Part shown: positions 12,120 to 25,669 of the stretch, in pieces
Numbering within the stretch: position 1 is the first letter of the stretch
Layout: each line of letters starts with the position of its first letter
DNA from: Octopus vulgaris
Lineage: Eukaryota
Reading direction: 5' to 3'
Assembly: GCA_951406725.2 (NCBI GenBank)
Contig: OX597828.1
Coordinates: 18,662,001 to 18,726,000 of the forward strand
Length of the DNA stretch: 64,000 nucleotides
Notes under the pieces: model-generated
What the model was told of the DNA's origin: nothing
The model's input: only the letters and a program-made list of their open reading frames with translations
The model's database searches: none
Position numbers and translations under genes: made by a program

Positions 12120-12545
12120 TTAAAAAGATGGTAAGAATGGAAGCAGATCAACTTGCTTCGAAACCAAAATAGATATTGGAAGAATTAAATTGGATATAGA
12201 AGGTGTAGCCTGTTGAATAAAGAAAAAGGAATGGTAAAAATGGAAATAGATCGACCTGCTTTGAAACCAAAATAGATATTTGTGGAAGAAAATTTGGTGT
12301 AAAATATCTAGAATGTTAAAAATGGATTAGTAAGAATGGTGAAAGAGAGAGAGAGAGAGAAGGGGGAGTGAGTGAGTGAGTGAATGAATGAGGAATCTTC
12401 TTTAAAACCCAAAGAATCTTTAGTCGGAAGAAAATGGATGAAGATATTCAGTGTTTGTTGAAAATGGAATGGTAAAAATGGAGTCATTGGAAACAGCTTC
12501 AAAACAAATATAGATATTGGTAGAAGTTAAATTTAGAAGAAGAAA
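12120..12545. repeat. Three diverged ~70-100-bp direct repeats
   Basis: atggtaa(g/a)aatgga....ctt(c/t)(g/a)aaac.aa.atagatatt near 12128, 12231 and 12469. Confidence 0.6.
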
Positions 12546-13183
12546 AAAATCATCGCAGAAAACAATCTTTGATGCAACCTTGTAACAGAATGTCTTTTAT
12601 AATTCTTCCTTGTTATTCATTCCATTTTACCGTTTTCTTATCACCACTCTCGTATCTTAGTTGTTTCGCGAAGGTGCATATGCACGCAAGCATACACACA
12701 TGCACGCAAACGCACACATGCACGCACAAACACATACATACATACATGCTCACACAAACATACACACGCGTGCGCACGTGCACCCAAGCATATTACACAC
12801 GCAAAGCAGCTCACGCGCAAATGTATGCATACATACAAAAGCGTTTGCATACAGATATGCAAAAGAAGGATACATACACGCTCACACATATACACTCACA
12901 CACGTACGCACACACGAACACCTAAATACTTACACACGCAAGTATACATACACACACAAGCGCACGAGTACACAGGTGCACACACATACACACACATACA
13001 AACATACATACATATATATATACACATATATAAATATACATATATATATCAATATATATATATATATATATAATACTTTCCTTTCCTGAGCGTCCAATAA
13101 CACTATACTTGTTCCACGTCCTCGCGTTGTTATGTTTTCTCTTTGTGTTTTCATGTTTGGATTAACTATATATATATATATAT

Positions 13184-13345
13184 AGGCGCAGGCGTGGCCT
13201 TGTGGTAAGAAGCTTGCTTCCCAACAACACCGTTTCGGGTTCAGACCCACTGCATGGCACCTTGGGCAGGTGTCTTCTGCTATAGCCTCGGACCGACCAA
13301 AGCCTTGTGAGTGGATTTCGTACACAGAAACTGAAAAAAACGGGC

Positions 13346-13400
<55 letters not shown>

Positions 13401-13630
13401 TGTATATGTGTATATGTTTGTCCACCACCCCCCACCATCGCTTGGCAACCGATGCTGGTGTGTTTACGTCCCCGTAACTTAGCGGTTTGGCAAAAGAGTC
13501 CGATAGAATGAGTACTAGGCTTACAAAGAATTAGTCCTGGGGTCGATTTGCTCGACTAAAGGGCGGTGCTCCAGCATGACTGTAGTCAAATGACTGAAAC
13601 AAGTAAAATAGTAAAAGAATAAAAGAAAAA
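13184..13630 (+). mobile_element. SINE family A, full length
   Basis: Collinear with 4063-4491. Confidence 0.9.
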
Positions 13631-14121
13631 GTATATATATATATACATGTATATATATATAAAGATATGTATATATATATATATACAGCGATATCTTCAA
13701 GTATTTATTTTTTAGCTCCATCTCTCCTCTTGCGATATTGGGTGTCTTTGTGTCTAAATTTAGCGCGATTCAAAGAAGAGAAAACAGAGAGAGAGAGAGG
13801 GGGGCTGCCGGGGGAGCGGGAGTACAGCGAAGAAATAATTTGATTTTTATACAAGAAAAAAAAAATCTTGAAGAAGAAACAATAAACACATACAAACTTG
13901 CATGCGAACATAGAAACGTATAAACTGATACAGAACAGGAAATACACACATACACACACATACACACGTCTCTGTGTGTGTGTGCATGTGTGTATGTGTG
14001 TGTGTGCGTGTGTGTGTGCGTGTACACATATGCAAATGAATATACGCAATCATGCACGCACATATGTGATTGTATAAAAATGAAAAGTTCACTATATGGT
14101 ATCCTTTTGAAAGTAAGTTTC

Positions 14122-14186
<65 letters not shown>

Positions 14187-15203
14187 GCAGTTATACATAA
14201 CCATATACATATATATATGTGTATATATTTATATATGCACTCATATACATCTATACATATGCGCGCACATATACGAAGCCACACACAAACACGTGTTCCT
14301 TGAGTATTTTATTTATTTTTTTTTGTATGTGTGTGTGTGTGTACATGTGTGTTTGTTTTTCCTCTCGTTGTTATTGTTATTGTTGTTGTTGTTGTTTTCA
14401 TTTTATAGATTAGAAATTAATCTGATATTGAAAACTCTATATTGCGATGGTTATTTCGATAACAAAACCAATTATTTAGTTCCCTTGAGTGATGTTTCTT
14501 CAATAACAATTTTTCTGAAGACCAACGCTTTAGTTTTTACATCCTAGACTTCGAAAAATTTCTTAGCGTTCTACAAAACATAACCTATGTTTCGTTTCGT
14601 TTCTCTGTACCATTGCTGCAGCCGTTGTTGTTGTAGTAGTTGTTGTTGTTGTTGTTGTTGTGTTTACTTTCTCCAGCCTTGTTGCTTTTGCTGCTGCTAC
14701 CACTACTACTGCTGCTGCTGCTGCTGCTGTTGTTCTTGTTGTTGCTGTTTAAACACAGGTCAGTCTCGATCGACTTGACCTTCTGATCAAAGGCGTTCTT
14801 TCAGCATCGATAATCTCGTCTCGCTCTTTCTTCTTTTCCTTTTCTTTCTTTCTTTCTTCGTTTCTTTCTTTCTTTCTTGCTTTCTTTCTAAAAGATATTT
14901 ACATCAAGAACTACATACATTACTTAATATATCGTTCCTAGATTTGATATTTTTCTTTTTTACGTTTTGTTATAAGATAATAAGATGATGCTCGTTGGGT
15001 TTTTCTTTTTCGTGGTGGGATTGTTGTTTGTTTTTTTTGTTTTTTTTTTTTCTTGCTTGTTATTTCTGGCAAGTAGCTCCCATCACCAGAGCTGCTATCT
15101 ATGTGCGTGTCCCAGGCCAGGTCAAGTGTCTGAAACAGATTGTTCTTCATATCGCTTCAGCCACTTATGCAGTCCAATGCTTTACAGCAAAAAAGTGTGA
15201 ATG

Positions 15204-15520
15204 AATCACCATCGTCGTCGTTATCATCATCACCATAGCTAACAACACCATCATCATCACAACCACCACCACCACCACTACCACCACCACCACCACCACC
15301 ACAACCACCACCACAACCACCACCACCACAACCGTCACCACTTCCATCACCATCATCTTCGCCGCCAATGCCATCATCAAACCCCATCATCACTACCACC
15401 ACTACCACTAACACAACTTTTATCACCACCACTACCATCATACCATCACAATCTTCACCACCACCACCACGGCCACCTCAACCATCATCCCCACCACTAT
15501 CACAGCAGTCATCATCAACA
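15204..15520. repeat. Degenerate (CAC)n/(CAT)n trinucleotide tract
   Basis: Direct inspection. Confidence 0.85.
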
Positions 15521-15635
15521 GCGTTACAATGTAAGCTGTACCTTTTTGTCGATAAACATGCAAATTTAGCTCGCGCTTTGAAAAGAAAACAAGGAATAGG
15601 GGAAAAAGGTAGGAACGAACCAATTGCCTTCTAGT

Positions 15636-15821
15636 TTGAATTTACAGAAATACAAAAGACGAAAACAAGCGTATGAACAACAAGCATGTGTATGAGTTTG
15701 ACGCTCGGGAAAGTGAGAAAGACTTTTATGTTTCGAGCCTACGCTCTTCAACAGAAAGGAATATGAGGAAAAAAACAGTGAGAGAACAAAAAAAAACTTG
15801 TGAGATTTAGCGGTCAAGCAT

Positions 15822-15868
<47 letters not shown>

Positions 15869-16155
15869 CTTTACTACCCACAAGGGGCTAAACACAGAGG
15901 GGACAAACAAGGACAGACAAACGGATTAAGTCGATTACATCGACCCCAGTGCGTAACCGGTACTTAATTTATCGACCCCGAAAGGATGAAAGGCGAATAA
16001 TACAAAATGGAACAAGAACGTGAAACATCCGGACAGCTAGGTGATACAAAAATGGGACAACAAAACATCCAGATAGACGATACAAAGAAAACAAGGACGG
16101 GTCATTCGAAGTTTTCTTTCCTCAGTCAAGCACCAGATTATCCTCGCAATTTTGG

Positions 16156-16207
<52 letters not shown>

Positions 16208-16396
16208 TTGAAATTTATAGAAAAACGAAAAACGAAGACAGGTGTATAAACAACAAGCAGGTGTGTTAGTTAAACGCTCGGGAAAGTGAGAAAGTATTTT
16301 TACGTTTCGAGCCTACGCTCTTCACAGAAAGGAATAAGAGAAAATAAACAGAGTGAGAATAAAAAAAAGACTTGTGGATTTAGCGGTCAAGCATGG
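15636..16396 (-). mobile_element. Two Penelope-like terminal (pLTR) repeats, 15636-15823 and 16208-16396, plus a related piece at about 15996-16157
   Basis: ~185-bp diverged direct repeat containing tttcgagcctacgctcttca (minus strand: tgaagagcgtaggctcgaaa); same family at 63917-64000; PLE assignment from recalled 3'-terminal architecture. Confidence 0.6.
15865..15995 (-). mobile_element. 5'-truncated SINE B2
   Basis: tttctttactacccacaaggggctaaacac...gaaaggatgaaaggc. Confidence 0.88.
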
Positions 16397-16839
16397 AAGA
16401 CTCTCATCAATAAAAGATTATCTGTCTCGTGTCCAGGAAGAGATTGGTACATTATAGCTATTTAATGTGGATACAAATACGGACATGGTTAAACTCTTCC
16501 AGTTTGCATAACAATCTATGGGCTGGCAACTTGGATAATTTATTAATTAAAATGCATAATAAATAAAAGCAAGGTAGAAATGGAATAACGATGACGTTTC
16601 ACTATAAAAAAAATTCGGAATGAAAAGTACGCGGAAATAGACTAATTCAAGAACAAATTTAGCGGAGCAATAATGGTTTCTCATTTAAGAGAAAGGCCAC
16701 ACATTTTCGGGGAAGGAAGTCTCACATAAATTGATTCTAAACGTTCCTCGATGATTATCTTATTGCCATCAATGGTAACCTTGACCCCGACAGAATTTGA
16801 ACACGGAGCACATGGATAAGGTATTTTATTAAAATACTA

Positions 16840-17152
16840 ATACTAATATTTTAAAAATGTGTTCATGGATGATTAAGGGGTTAGATGGGTGTTGATGAAG
16901 AGGGCACCCCACCCCTCACCCAAGAAATATGGCATATGCGTCCATTACTCTTTTTTCATCTTCGATCTTATATTTTAGGCAGGTGAGTGAAACCATCCTT
17001 TTTTAGCATGTTCTTTTTATAATAATATTAATATTAACATTTAAGCAATGTATTCATGGATGATAAGGGGTTAAATGGGTACTGATGAAAGAAAAAATCC
17101 CCCGAAATATGGCATATATTCCCATTACACTTTCTTCATCTTTGATCTCATT
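16840..17152. repeat. Diverged direct repeat of ~125 bp (16840-16970 and 17030-17152)
   Basis: ttcatggatgat.aaggggtta.atgggt..tgatgaa...gaaatatggcatat...ccattac...ttcatctt.gatct occurs twice. Confidence 0.75.
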
Positions 17153-17259
17153 ATTTGTTTACATCTGATGTCCCGGATGCGAGACGTTGTAATAAAAATT
17201 AATGCTGGCCATAATTTCTATAGAATATCCGAAGAGATACACTTAACAAATCATTAGTA

Positions 17260-17840
17260 TGTCTCTTTACATCCCATACGCAACAAAATCTTAATGTCCC
17301 AAGTTCCAGAAATGATTTACTGATAGTTGTGTTGCAGCCCTTAGGGCAAAACAAAAAGACCTGGCAAACTTTACCCACTTCCCAACTTGAGTGCCCTTCA
17401 CCAGGCAACCCAATTCTTGTAAAGTCAATATCTGGTAAGCAAAGGATACCTTCGTGTACGTCACGGCTCTCCAGCTTTCTCGATTTGCCGCTTTCCAAAT
17501 TATAACTGACCATTTTGATTCTGCTCATCTCTCATCCGCTGGAGCGTTAGCACCCAGTTTAATCGCACCACTGCAGCATGTGTTGACGGAGCGATTTCTG
17601 CCCCATTCTCAATCAACAGGATTTGGTGTTGTTCACCCAATCTCTTATGCTAAACAGCTGTAATATCCAAGAACGCCGACTCCTATGCAGACGATAAGAC
17701 CTTCCATTCCTCCCTTACGTTTACCCAACAATGCATCATCCACCCCCGGGTTTGACACCAAAAGCAAAACACGCATTAATTCCATTAATAGAGACTTTGA
17801 ATATATATATATATTAACCGTTTGGCTACCCAAAACATTT
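17260..17840 (+). pseudogene. Degraded LINE ORF2 (CR1/Jockey-like reverse transcriptase) fragment
   Basis: SYADDKTFHS at about 17681-17710 (YADD) followed by INRDFEYI (LN.DL..I-like); rest heavily deleted; boundaries approximate. Confidence 0.55.
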
Positions 17841-18431
17841 TCATAGTTTTGTCCTAACGGGCCCTGCTTGTTTTCAGGTTTTCAGTAAGCCCTTGTTTCA
17901 TACGATTCAGAATTATATACGGCTTTCCTTTCAGAAGTCCTATGTTACTCTGGTGGTTGAGAAAGCATTGAGAATGTGTATCATATATGACAAATGGATG
18001 CCAGTGCTACGTGTTTTGAATATAACATGTCATACACAGGATAGAAGAAGGGTTAAATATCCTGTAGGTATTTAGAGATAGTTCTAACTTTAACTGTAAT
18101 TTCACAACTGTAATTTCATAAATGAAACTGTTAGCTAATTATTCAGAATGTCGTTTGCTAATTATTTTTATCATTCAATGGAAACTGAACTTAGTAACCT
18201 CAAGAAGGAAAACGGTAATCAATGTGTAAAAATGCTAAAAAAAAATCATTGTGTATGAGTATTCACACAGCAACACACAAAGAAGTATACATGCATTCCG
18301 TTGGTAATGACTTGAAGAAGTACTCAATACAAATGTAAAATATAGTAATTTCTTTTAAGCTAGTCTAGTGGCCTGTTATTCTGGACAGGCTTAAACTATA
18401 TATAAACACACGCACACACATCTATCTTTCC

Positions 18432-18497
<66 letters not shown>

Positions 18498-18715
18498 ATA
18501 TATATATATATATATATTTATGGAACAAAACTTTTCTAAGCTGTCTACAAGCCCTTACATAAGTACTACCAAGAGTTAAGATTCCAAAGGACAACCACAC
18601 AATTTCAATGTATAAGACAAACACCAAAACCACCATAAACCAGGCAGGCACATAGGCAAACAGAGAGAAACAGAGGGACATACAGAACCAGAGGGAATGA
18701 TATATATATAGATAT

Positions 18716-18793
<78 letters not shown>

Positions 18794-19330
18794 TCATTCA
18801 TTCATTCATTCATTCATATATACACATGCATATATTCGCATACACACATACATATATATATATATACACATTAACAATATTCATACATATACATACATTA
18901 ATAACTTCCATTTATCCACCGTTGGTCAGCTGACGTATTTCTTTTATATTAAAATATCTAAGAAGGCTCCAAGACACACCCACTTCCTTGTCGTTAATTC
19001 TAATGTATATTTATACTATACGAACATTTCGAAGAAGTGCTTCTTGTTGGTTGGGGAAATACATCTCAATAAATACTGGTTCTGAACATTTCCACAATGC
19101 TACATATTTTACAGGGAGGAGAAGTTTTATGAAGTGCATGAATTAATAATAAATATCATTTGTCACAATAAATTACTTTCAACCATTGTCCTTTTAAGGG
19201 GAGATAAATTAAAGGGCGATAGTGTTGTTTGCCTACGCTGGAATTTCTCATATTTAAGTCTAAACCTCGAATTTATGCTTTAAGTCACAAATCTCTCATT
19301 CCGAAATTCTGTATTTAACTAATGTATCTA

Positions 19331-19720
19331 GGCGCAGGAGTGGCTGTGTGGTAAGTAGCTTGCTTACCAGTCACATGGTTCCGGGTTCAGTCCAACTGCG
19401 TGGCACCCTGGCCATGTGTATTCTACTACAGCCTCGGGCCAACTAAAGCCTTGTGTGTGGACTTGGTAGACGGAAACTGAAAGAAGCCCGTCGTATGTGT
19501 GTGCGTGTTTGTGTGTCTGTATTAGTCCCCTAACATCGCTTGACAACCGATACTGGTTTGTTTATGTCCTCGTAACTTAGCGGTTCGGCAAAAGATACCG
19601 ATAGAATAAGTACTGGGCTTACAAAGAATACGTCCTGGAGTCGAGTTGCTCGACTAAAGGCGGTGCCCCAGCATGGCCGCAGTCAAATGACTGAAACAAG
19701 TAAAACAAAAAGAATAGAAT
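19331..19720 (+). mobile_element. SINE family A, full length
   Basis: Collinear with 4063-4491. Confidence 0.9.
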
Positions 19721-19839
19721 ACAGCGGTGTCTAACTTCAATGCAACACCACAGAGTATGGTTCAAAGATTTGAGTGAATTTTTACATGAGTAAACAGACA
19801 GAAAATGTGTTTTTCTTTCATATATAAGACACTTTCAGG

Positions 19840-19963
19840 TACAATGAATATGCCAAGTTTCTCAGCCGTGCATAAATTACATATATAAGTAGCACCGCTG
19901 TACGATTTACAATGAATATGCTAAGTTTCTCAGCCGTGTATAAATTACATATATAACTAGCAG
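19840..19963. repeat. 68-bp-period tandem duplication
   Basis: tacaatgaatatgc.aagtttctcagccgtg.ataaattacatatataa.tagca at 19840 and 19908. Confidence 0.85.
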
Positions 19964-20439
19964 AGTTGTACAGCTTTGCTGTCGCAATGATACATCCGAT
20001 TTAATTGATACATACTGCCGATTTAATTTATCCCCCACCTTTTAGTACGAAATGTGTCTTCATAACAAAATCCTATTTCTATTGCTACTATATGTGAACG
20101 ATTGAAGATACTGAATATATCGGTTTTTAAAGGTGTTTTCAGTTAATTAGATATCACTTTGCCTTAGCCCTATCGACAGGCGATTACTTTTAAAAGCATA
20201 TTGTTACATGTCTGTTGCTGGATCAACAAAAGTAATGTGTAAACGTGTGCGAGCATGTATGTTATGACAAAATAATAAAACTGATTCGTTGACTACAGAT
20301 CGAAGAAATAATACTCTGAATTAAGGGACAATATGATCGACTAGAAAATTTAAGATAGTAACCTAATGGCTAAAGACTAAGATAGTAACCTAATGGCTAA
20401 AACGAGAGTATGAATAAAAGAATATACATACACACATAA

Positions 20440-20477
<38 letters not shown>

Positions 20478-20540
20478 AGAGAAAGAGAGTGGGAAGGACA
20501 GGCGGACAGACGGAGACAGAGAAACTTGGTTTATTTTTAG

Positions 20541-20612
20541 ATGCGCTTCCGGCCAACATTTCTGAAGAAACATCAATATTGTCTACTAGCAATATTCGAC
20601 GCGAAACCGCCG
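20541..20612 (+). other. Candidate 72-nt symmetric (phase 1-1) exon
   Basis: Acceptor tttatttttag, donor CCG|gtaaca, open frame (D)ALPANISEETSILSTSNIRRETA; no homology recognised. Confidence 0.25.
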
Positions 20613-20678
20613 GTAACAGTCTCATCAGTTCTATGTCATAAAAAGCAATATAATATTAGACGATGAATATACATACAT

Positions 20679-20754
<76 letters not shown>

Positions 20755-21137
20755 TATATATTAGATGGTATTGTTATACCAGAAATTGATTATTTGTGAA
20801 ATTCAGTTTTTATAATTTATTATTCCTTTCCATTGATATAATCTATTTTATTTTCCTTTGTTTAGAATACAAATTCGTTTATATACTTATCAAGAGTCGT
20901 ATAACAATCTTAATATCAGAGAATCATCCATATGTGTGCTTGTCTGTTTGTGTATTAGTACGTAGGCCTGTGTGCTCTCAGATATATATATATATATATA
21001 TATACATATGTGTGTGTACGTATACATATATACTGAATAATGCATGTGACTAGCTGTACACACACACACACACACACATGTATATATGTGTGCGTATATA
21101 TGCATATGTGTAGATGCATATCTACATATATATGCAT

Positions 21138-21174
<37 letters not shown>

Positions 21175-21354
21175 AGTGTATGTATGCATATAAACCTATA
21201 TCTATATATATATACACTTGTATGAACATATATATATATATATATACATATTTTTACATATGCACCTGTATGAATATTTATATATACATATACATATACA
21301 TATATATATAATGAATAATCTAGTTACACGCACGCTCCATATATATATATATAG

Positions 21355-21415
<61 letters not shown>

Positions 21416-21962
21416 GAGAGAGAGAGAATTTTACACGTGTGTGTGTCCGTATACGCAAAGGTATTGTATGAAAGCTGCGTTGCATACACAAAAATGATAT
21501 TTCCTTCGAATAACTATCCTATTTTCCTGAATTTATATCATCGAAAAGGATATTTCCGGTTTCTGATGATTACTTCCGTTTCCTAAACTATAAGAAATAT
21601 TTCTTCTTACTGTTTGTTAGGTACCATCTTAGTTCGGTTGTGCGCTATGAAATATTTTGCCACTGCGGCTGTCAATCTCGTATGATTGATTTTTAACTAA
21701 GGAAACTATCAATCACTTTAGATAAGAGACATTAAATTTTCAAGGAATGATTATGTTCACCACTGCGATTTCATAAAAATATGCTTTCATTGAGAGGAGC
21801 ATTTAGATTCAGCCATTTTGGTGAGTAGACAAATAGTACACAGATTTGAGAGCTAATGTCTTTTCTTGTCTATTTTCTTATTTGTCGAAAGTCTTAGATC
21901 CTCCAGTATATATATATATATATATATGATGTATGTATATACACACATGCGCGCATAATAAC

Positions 21963-22018
<56 letters not shown>

Positions 22019-22194
22019 GTGTATGTGAGTATGTGTACATATATGTATGTATGTATGTATTGAAAAACCATGATTTGTATTTGGACGGAAAGTTGGTCAA
22101 TAACAGGGGAATAACAGTGACGTAACACGGCTTCCGGTTTGAAGATCAGAAACTCGTCTGCGTTTGTATTGAGTTTATTTATTTATATAAACTG

Positions 22195-22685
22195 AACAAC
22201 TGGCAGAATACTTTTTTTTAAATTTCCGACTTGTAACTTTAATACTTCTTGTGATCATTGCAGTGGATTTATAAAACGTTAGAGCGTTGAGGCAATCGTT
22301 CCGGATCTTTGCGTTCCAAGTTCAATTCTCTCCGAGGTCAACCTCCTTTTTCATCTTTCCGGGGACAACAAAATTAAGTACCAGACTATTCACTGAGTTG
22401 ATTTTTTTTTTCTCAACTTACCGTTTCCACAAAATTTCCGGTCTTATATCTGTATTTGAAATTCTTATTAAGAGTGATCAAAAGATCGAGCGTCGGACAA
22501 AATGCTTAAAAGCACTTCGTTTAACTCACTACATTCTGAGTTCCAATTCCGCCAAGGTCGACTTCACCTGTCATCATTTGGAGATTCATAAAATAAGTGC
22601 TAGTCAAGCATTGGGAGGGGTCGATGTAAACAACTTGCCTTTCGCTTCAAAATTGCTGGCCTTGTGATAAAAAATTGGAAAGAAT
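22195..22685 (+). mobile_element. Two old, diverged SINE B1 copies
   Basis: Remnants of gttcaa.t.c.ccgaggtc.ac..c...tttcatc and tail aaattgctggccttgtg. Confidence 0.65.
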
Positions 22686-22687
22686 TA

Positions 22688-23065
22688 TGGAAGCACTCCG
22701 TCGGTTACGACGACGAGGGTTCCGGTTGATCCGAATCAACGGAACAGCCTGCTCGTGAAATTAACGTGTAAGTGGCTGAGCACTCCACAGACACGTGTAC
22801 CCTTAACGTAGTTCTCGGGGATATTCAGCGTGATACAGAGTGTGACAAAGCCGGCCCCTTGAAATACAGGTACAACAGAAACAGGAAGTAAGAGAAAGTT
22901 GTGGTGAAAGAGTACAGCAGGGATCACCACCATCCTTGCCGGAGCCTAGCGGAGCTTTAGGTGTTTTCGCTCAATAAACACTCACAACGCCCGGTCTGGG
23001 AATCGAAACCGCGATCCTATGACCGCGAGTCCGCTGCCCTAACCACTGGGCCATTGCGCCTCCAC
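22688..23065 (-). mobile_element. SINE family C, full length, 10-bp TSD
   Basis: tRNA-like head ggaggcgcaatggcccagtggttagggc...ggtttcgattccc; TSD tggaaagaat at 22676-22685 and 23066-23075. Confidence 0.88.
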
Positions 23066-23332
23066 TGGAAAGAATCACTGTGTGGTAGATTAATAGAGCG
23101 TCGAATAATTGTGATATTTGTTTCGTCTCGCTGCATTTTGAGTCTAAATCACGCAAAAGAAGTCGAGTTTGCCGTCCATCTTTTTGGGGTCGATAAAACG
23201 GAGTACCAGTCAAGAACTGGGACTAGTGGCCCTGACTAAGTTCTCTACCTCAAAATTGCAACCCTTGTGACTGTATTAGAAGTAGCCATTATTCTCCTTC
23301 TTGTTGTTGTTGGTGCTACTGCTGCTGTTGCT

Positions 23333-23672
23333 CTCTTTTACTCTTTTACGTGTTTCAGTCATTTGACTGTGGCCATGCTGAAGCACCGCCTTTAGTCGAG
23401 CAAATCGACCCCAGGACTTATTTTTTGTAAGCCTAGTACTTATTCTATCGGTCTCTTTTGCCGAATCGCAAAGTTACGGGGACGTAACACACACACATAC
23501 ACACACATATATATATACGACGGGCTTCTTTCAGTTTCCGTCTACCAAATCCACTCATAAGGCTTTGGTCGGTCCGAGGCTATAGTAGAAGACACATGCC
23601 CAAGGTGCCACGCAGTGGGACTGAAACCGGAACCATGTGGTTGGTAAGCAAGCTACTTACCACTCAGCCACC
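23333..23672 (-). mobile_element. SINE family A with internal deletion
   Basis: Reverse complement of family A head and tail. Confidence 0.88.
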
Positions 23673-23881
23673 TACAGCTACTGATTTGCTTTAGTTTGTT
23701 TCTAAATAAAACGGATGACCAGCTGATTTGAGGGGAGTAGATTAATCGATAACATCGACTTCGATACAAGACGAGTATTTTATTTCATTGCATCCCTCCC
23801 AGGTTGATAAAATAATGTACTAGCCTAGTACTACCGGTGGCGGTATCGCCTAATCCCCTTATGCCTAAATTCGAAAATATT

Positions 23882-24313
23882 CTTTTCTCCTGTAGGCACA
23901 AGGCCCGAAATTTTTAGGGAGGGGGCCAGTGGATTAGATCGACCACAGTACGCAACTGGTACTTAATTTATTGACCCCGCAAGGATGAAAGGCAAAGTCG
24001 ACATCGGCGGAATTTGAACTCAGAACATAAAGACAGACGAAATACCGCTAAATATTTCGCCCGGCGTGCTAACGTTTCTTATTTCTTTATTGCCCACAAG
24101 GAGCTAAACATAGAGGGGACAAACAAGGACAGGCAAAGGGATTAAGTCGATTACACCGATCCCCAATGCGTAACTGGTACTTAATTTATCGACCCCGAAA
24201 GAATGACAGACAAACTCGACCTTGGCGGAATTTGAACTCAGAACGTAAAGACAGACGAAATACCGCAAGACATTTCGCCCGGCGTGCTAACGTTTCTGCC
24301 AGCTCACCGCCTT
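23882..24313 (-). mobile_element. SINE B2-B1 dimer bounded by one 18-bp TSD
   Basis: B2 24313 to 24080 joined to headless B1 24079 to 23882; cctaaatt(c/a)gaaaatatt at 23864-23881 and 24314-24331. Confidence 0.88.
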
Positions 24314-24334
24314 CCTAAATTAGAAAATATTATT

Positions 24335-24532
24335 ATAAATAAGCAAAATCGCTAGAGAGTCGGCAACATTTATTCTGATTCTTTACGTTCTGAGTTCACA
24401 TTCCGCCGAGGTCGACTCTACCATTCATCCTTTCGGGGTCGATAAATTAAATACCAGTTGAACACTAGGGTTGATATAATCGATTTACCCCCTCCCCCGA
24501 AAAACTGGTCTCGTGCCAAAATTTAAAATCAC

Positions 24533-24568
<36 letters not shown>

Positions 24569-24828
24569 GGTAAAGAACTGGCAAAATCGTTAGCACGATG
24601 GATGAAATGCTTAGCGGTATTTTGCCCGTCGCTACGTTCTGAGTTCAAATTCCGCCGAGGTCGACTTTGCCTTTCATCCTTTCGGTGTCGATAAATTAAG
24701 TACCAGTTACGCACTGGGGTCGATGTAACCGACTTGTCCCCTCCCCCCACAATTTCAGGCTCTGTGCCTATAATAGAAAAGATGATTATTATTATTATTA
24801 TTAATATTATTATTATTATTATTATTAA

Positions 24829-24923
<95 letters not shown>

Positions 24924-25135
24924 ACGCAGCAATCTGGCAGAATCGTTAGCACACCGGACAAAATACTTAGCGGCATTTGGTCTGTCTCTACATCCTGAGT
25001 TCAAATTTTGCTGAGATCGATTCTGCTTTGCATACTTTCGCTTTCAATGAAATAAGTACCAGTTGAGTACTGGGGTCGATGTAATCGACTAACTTCGCCT
25101 GCAAAATTCCAGGCCTTGTGCCTTTAGTATAAAGG

Positions 25136-25140
<5 letters not shown>
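24335..25140 (+). mobile_element. Three tandem SINE B1 copies (about 24335-24535, 24567-24785, 24925-25140) ending in (TTA)n/(TAG)n tracts
   Basis: Each has the B-box, gtcga.t.tgc.tt.cat.ctttcg body and a B1 tail followed by (att)n. Confidence 0.85.
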
Positions 25141-25166
<26 letters not shown>

Positions 25167-25669
25167 GTTAGTCAGTTATCCCTACGTTCGATCGATCCAG
25201 TTGTCACTCATCTTCTTATGCCATATCCCCCCCCTACATATAAATATATCCGTAGGCTAGTTTCGAAATTGAGAAACTCATACCGTGAACATTGCAAGAT
25301 CTCAGATTACTCACTCTTATCTTAAAAACGTATCTCTCGGTACCGGATCAATAAAAAGCAATTATAGTAATTATACAATCCTACAGTTAATTACACTGCT
25401 TGGTTCTACCTTTACATTCGCTCTATTAACAACCGAGCTTATGCGGATGCTACTAATCTGTTCACTTAACCTGCAAGAAACGGCAACAAAATATCCCCCC
25501 CAAAACACCCACTGGTAAAAAGGAAAAGAGATCGTTTTAATATAGAGTCCTAGATACACTGTGCTTGTATGTAAGATGTAATAGTCAAACCTGGAATGAA
25601 AGTGGCTAGATTGATCGAATGTATGAGTATCGTTATTCCTGGATGGGATAATAATGGGATAATAATAAA

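Noticed and set aside
11900-12151. 83-aa minus-strand ORF in unique-looking sequence
   Set aside because: No recognisable homology, weak splice context and overlap with a local repeat.
20562-20615. Active hammerhead ribozyme (ctgaaga...gaaaccgccggta)
   Set aside because: Core and helices II/III are plausible but helix I cannot form beyond one pair.
22990-23065. tRNA-like sequence (also heads near 4063, 6252, 58700)
   Set aside because: A/B boxes continue into multi-copy SINE bodies with TSDs; no complete acceptor stem or terminator.
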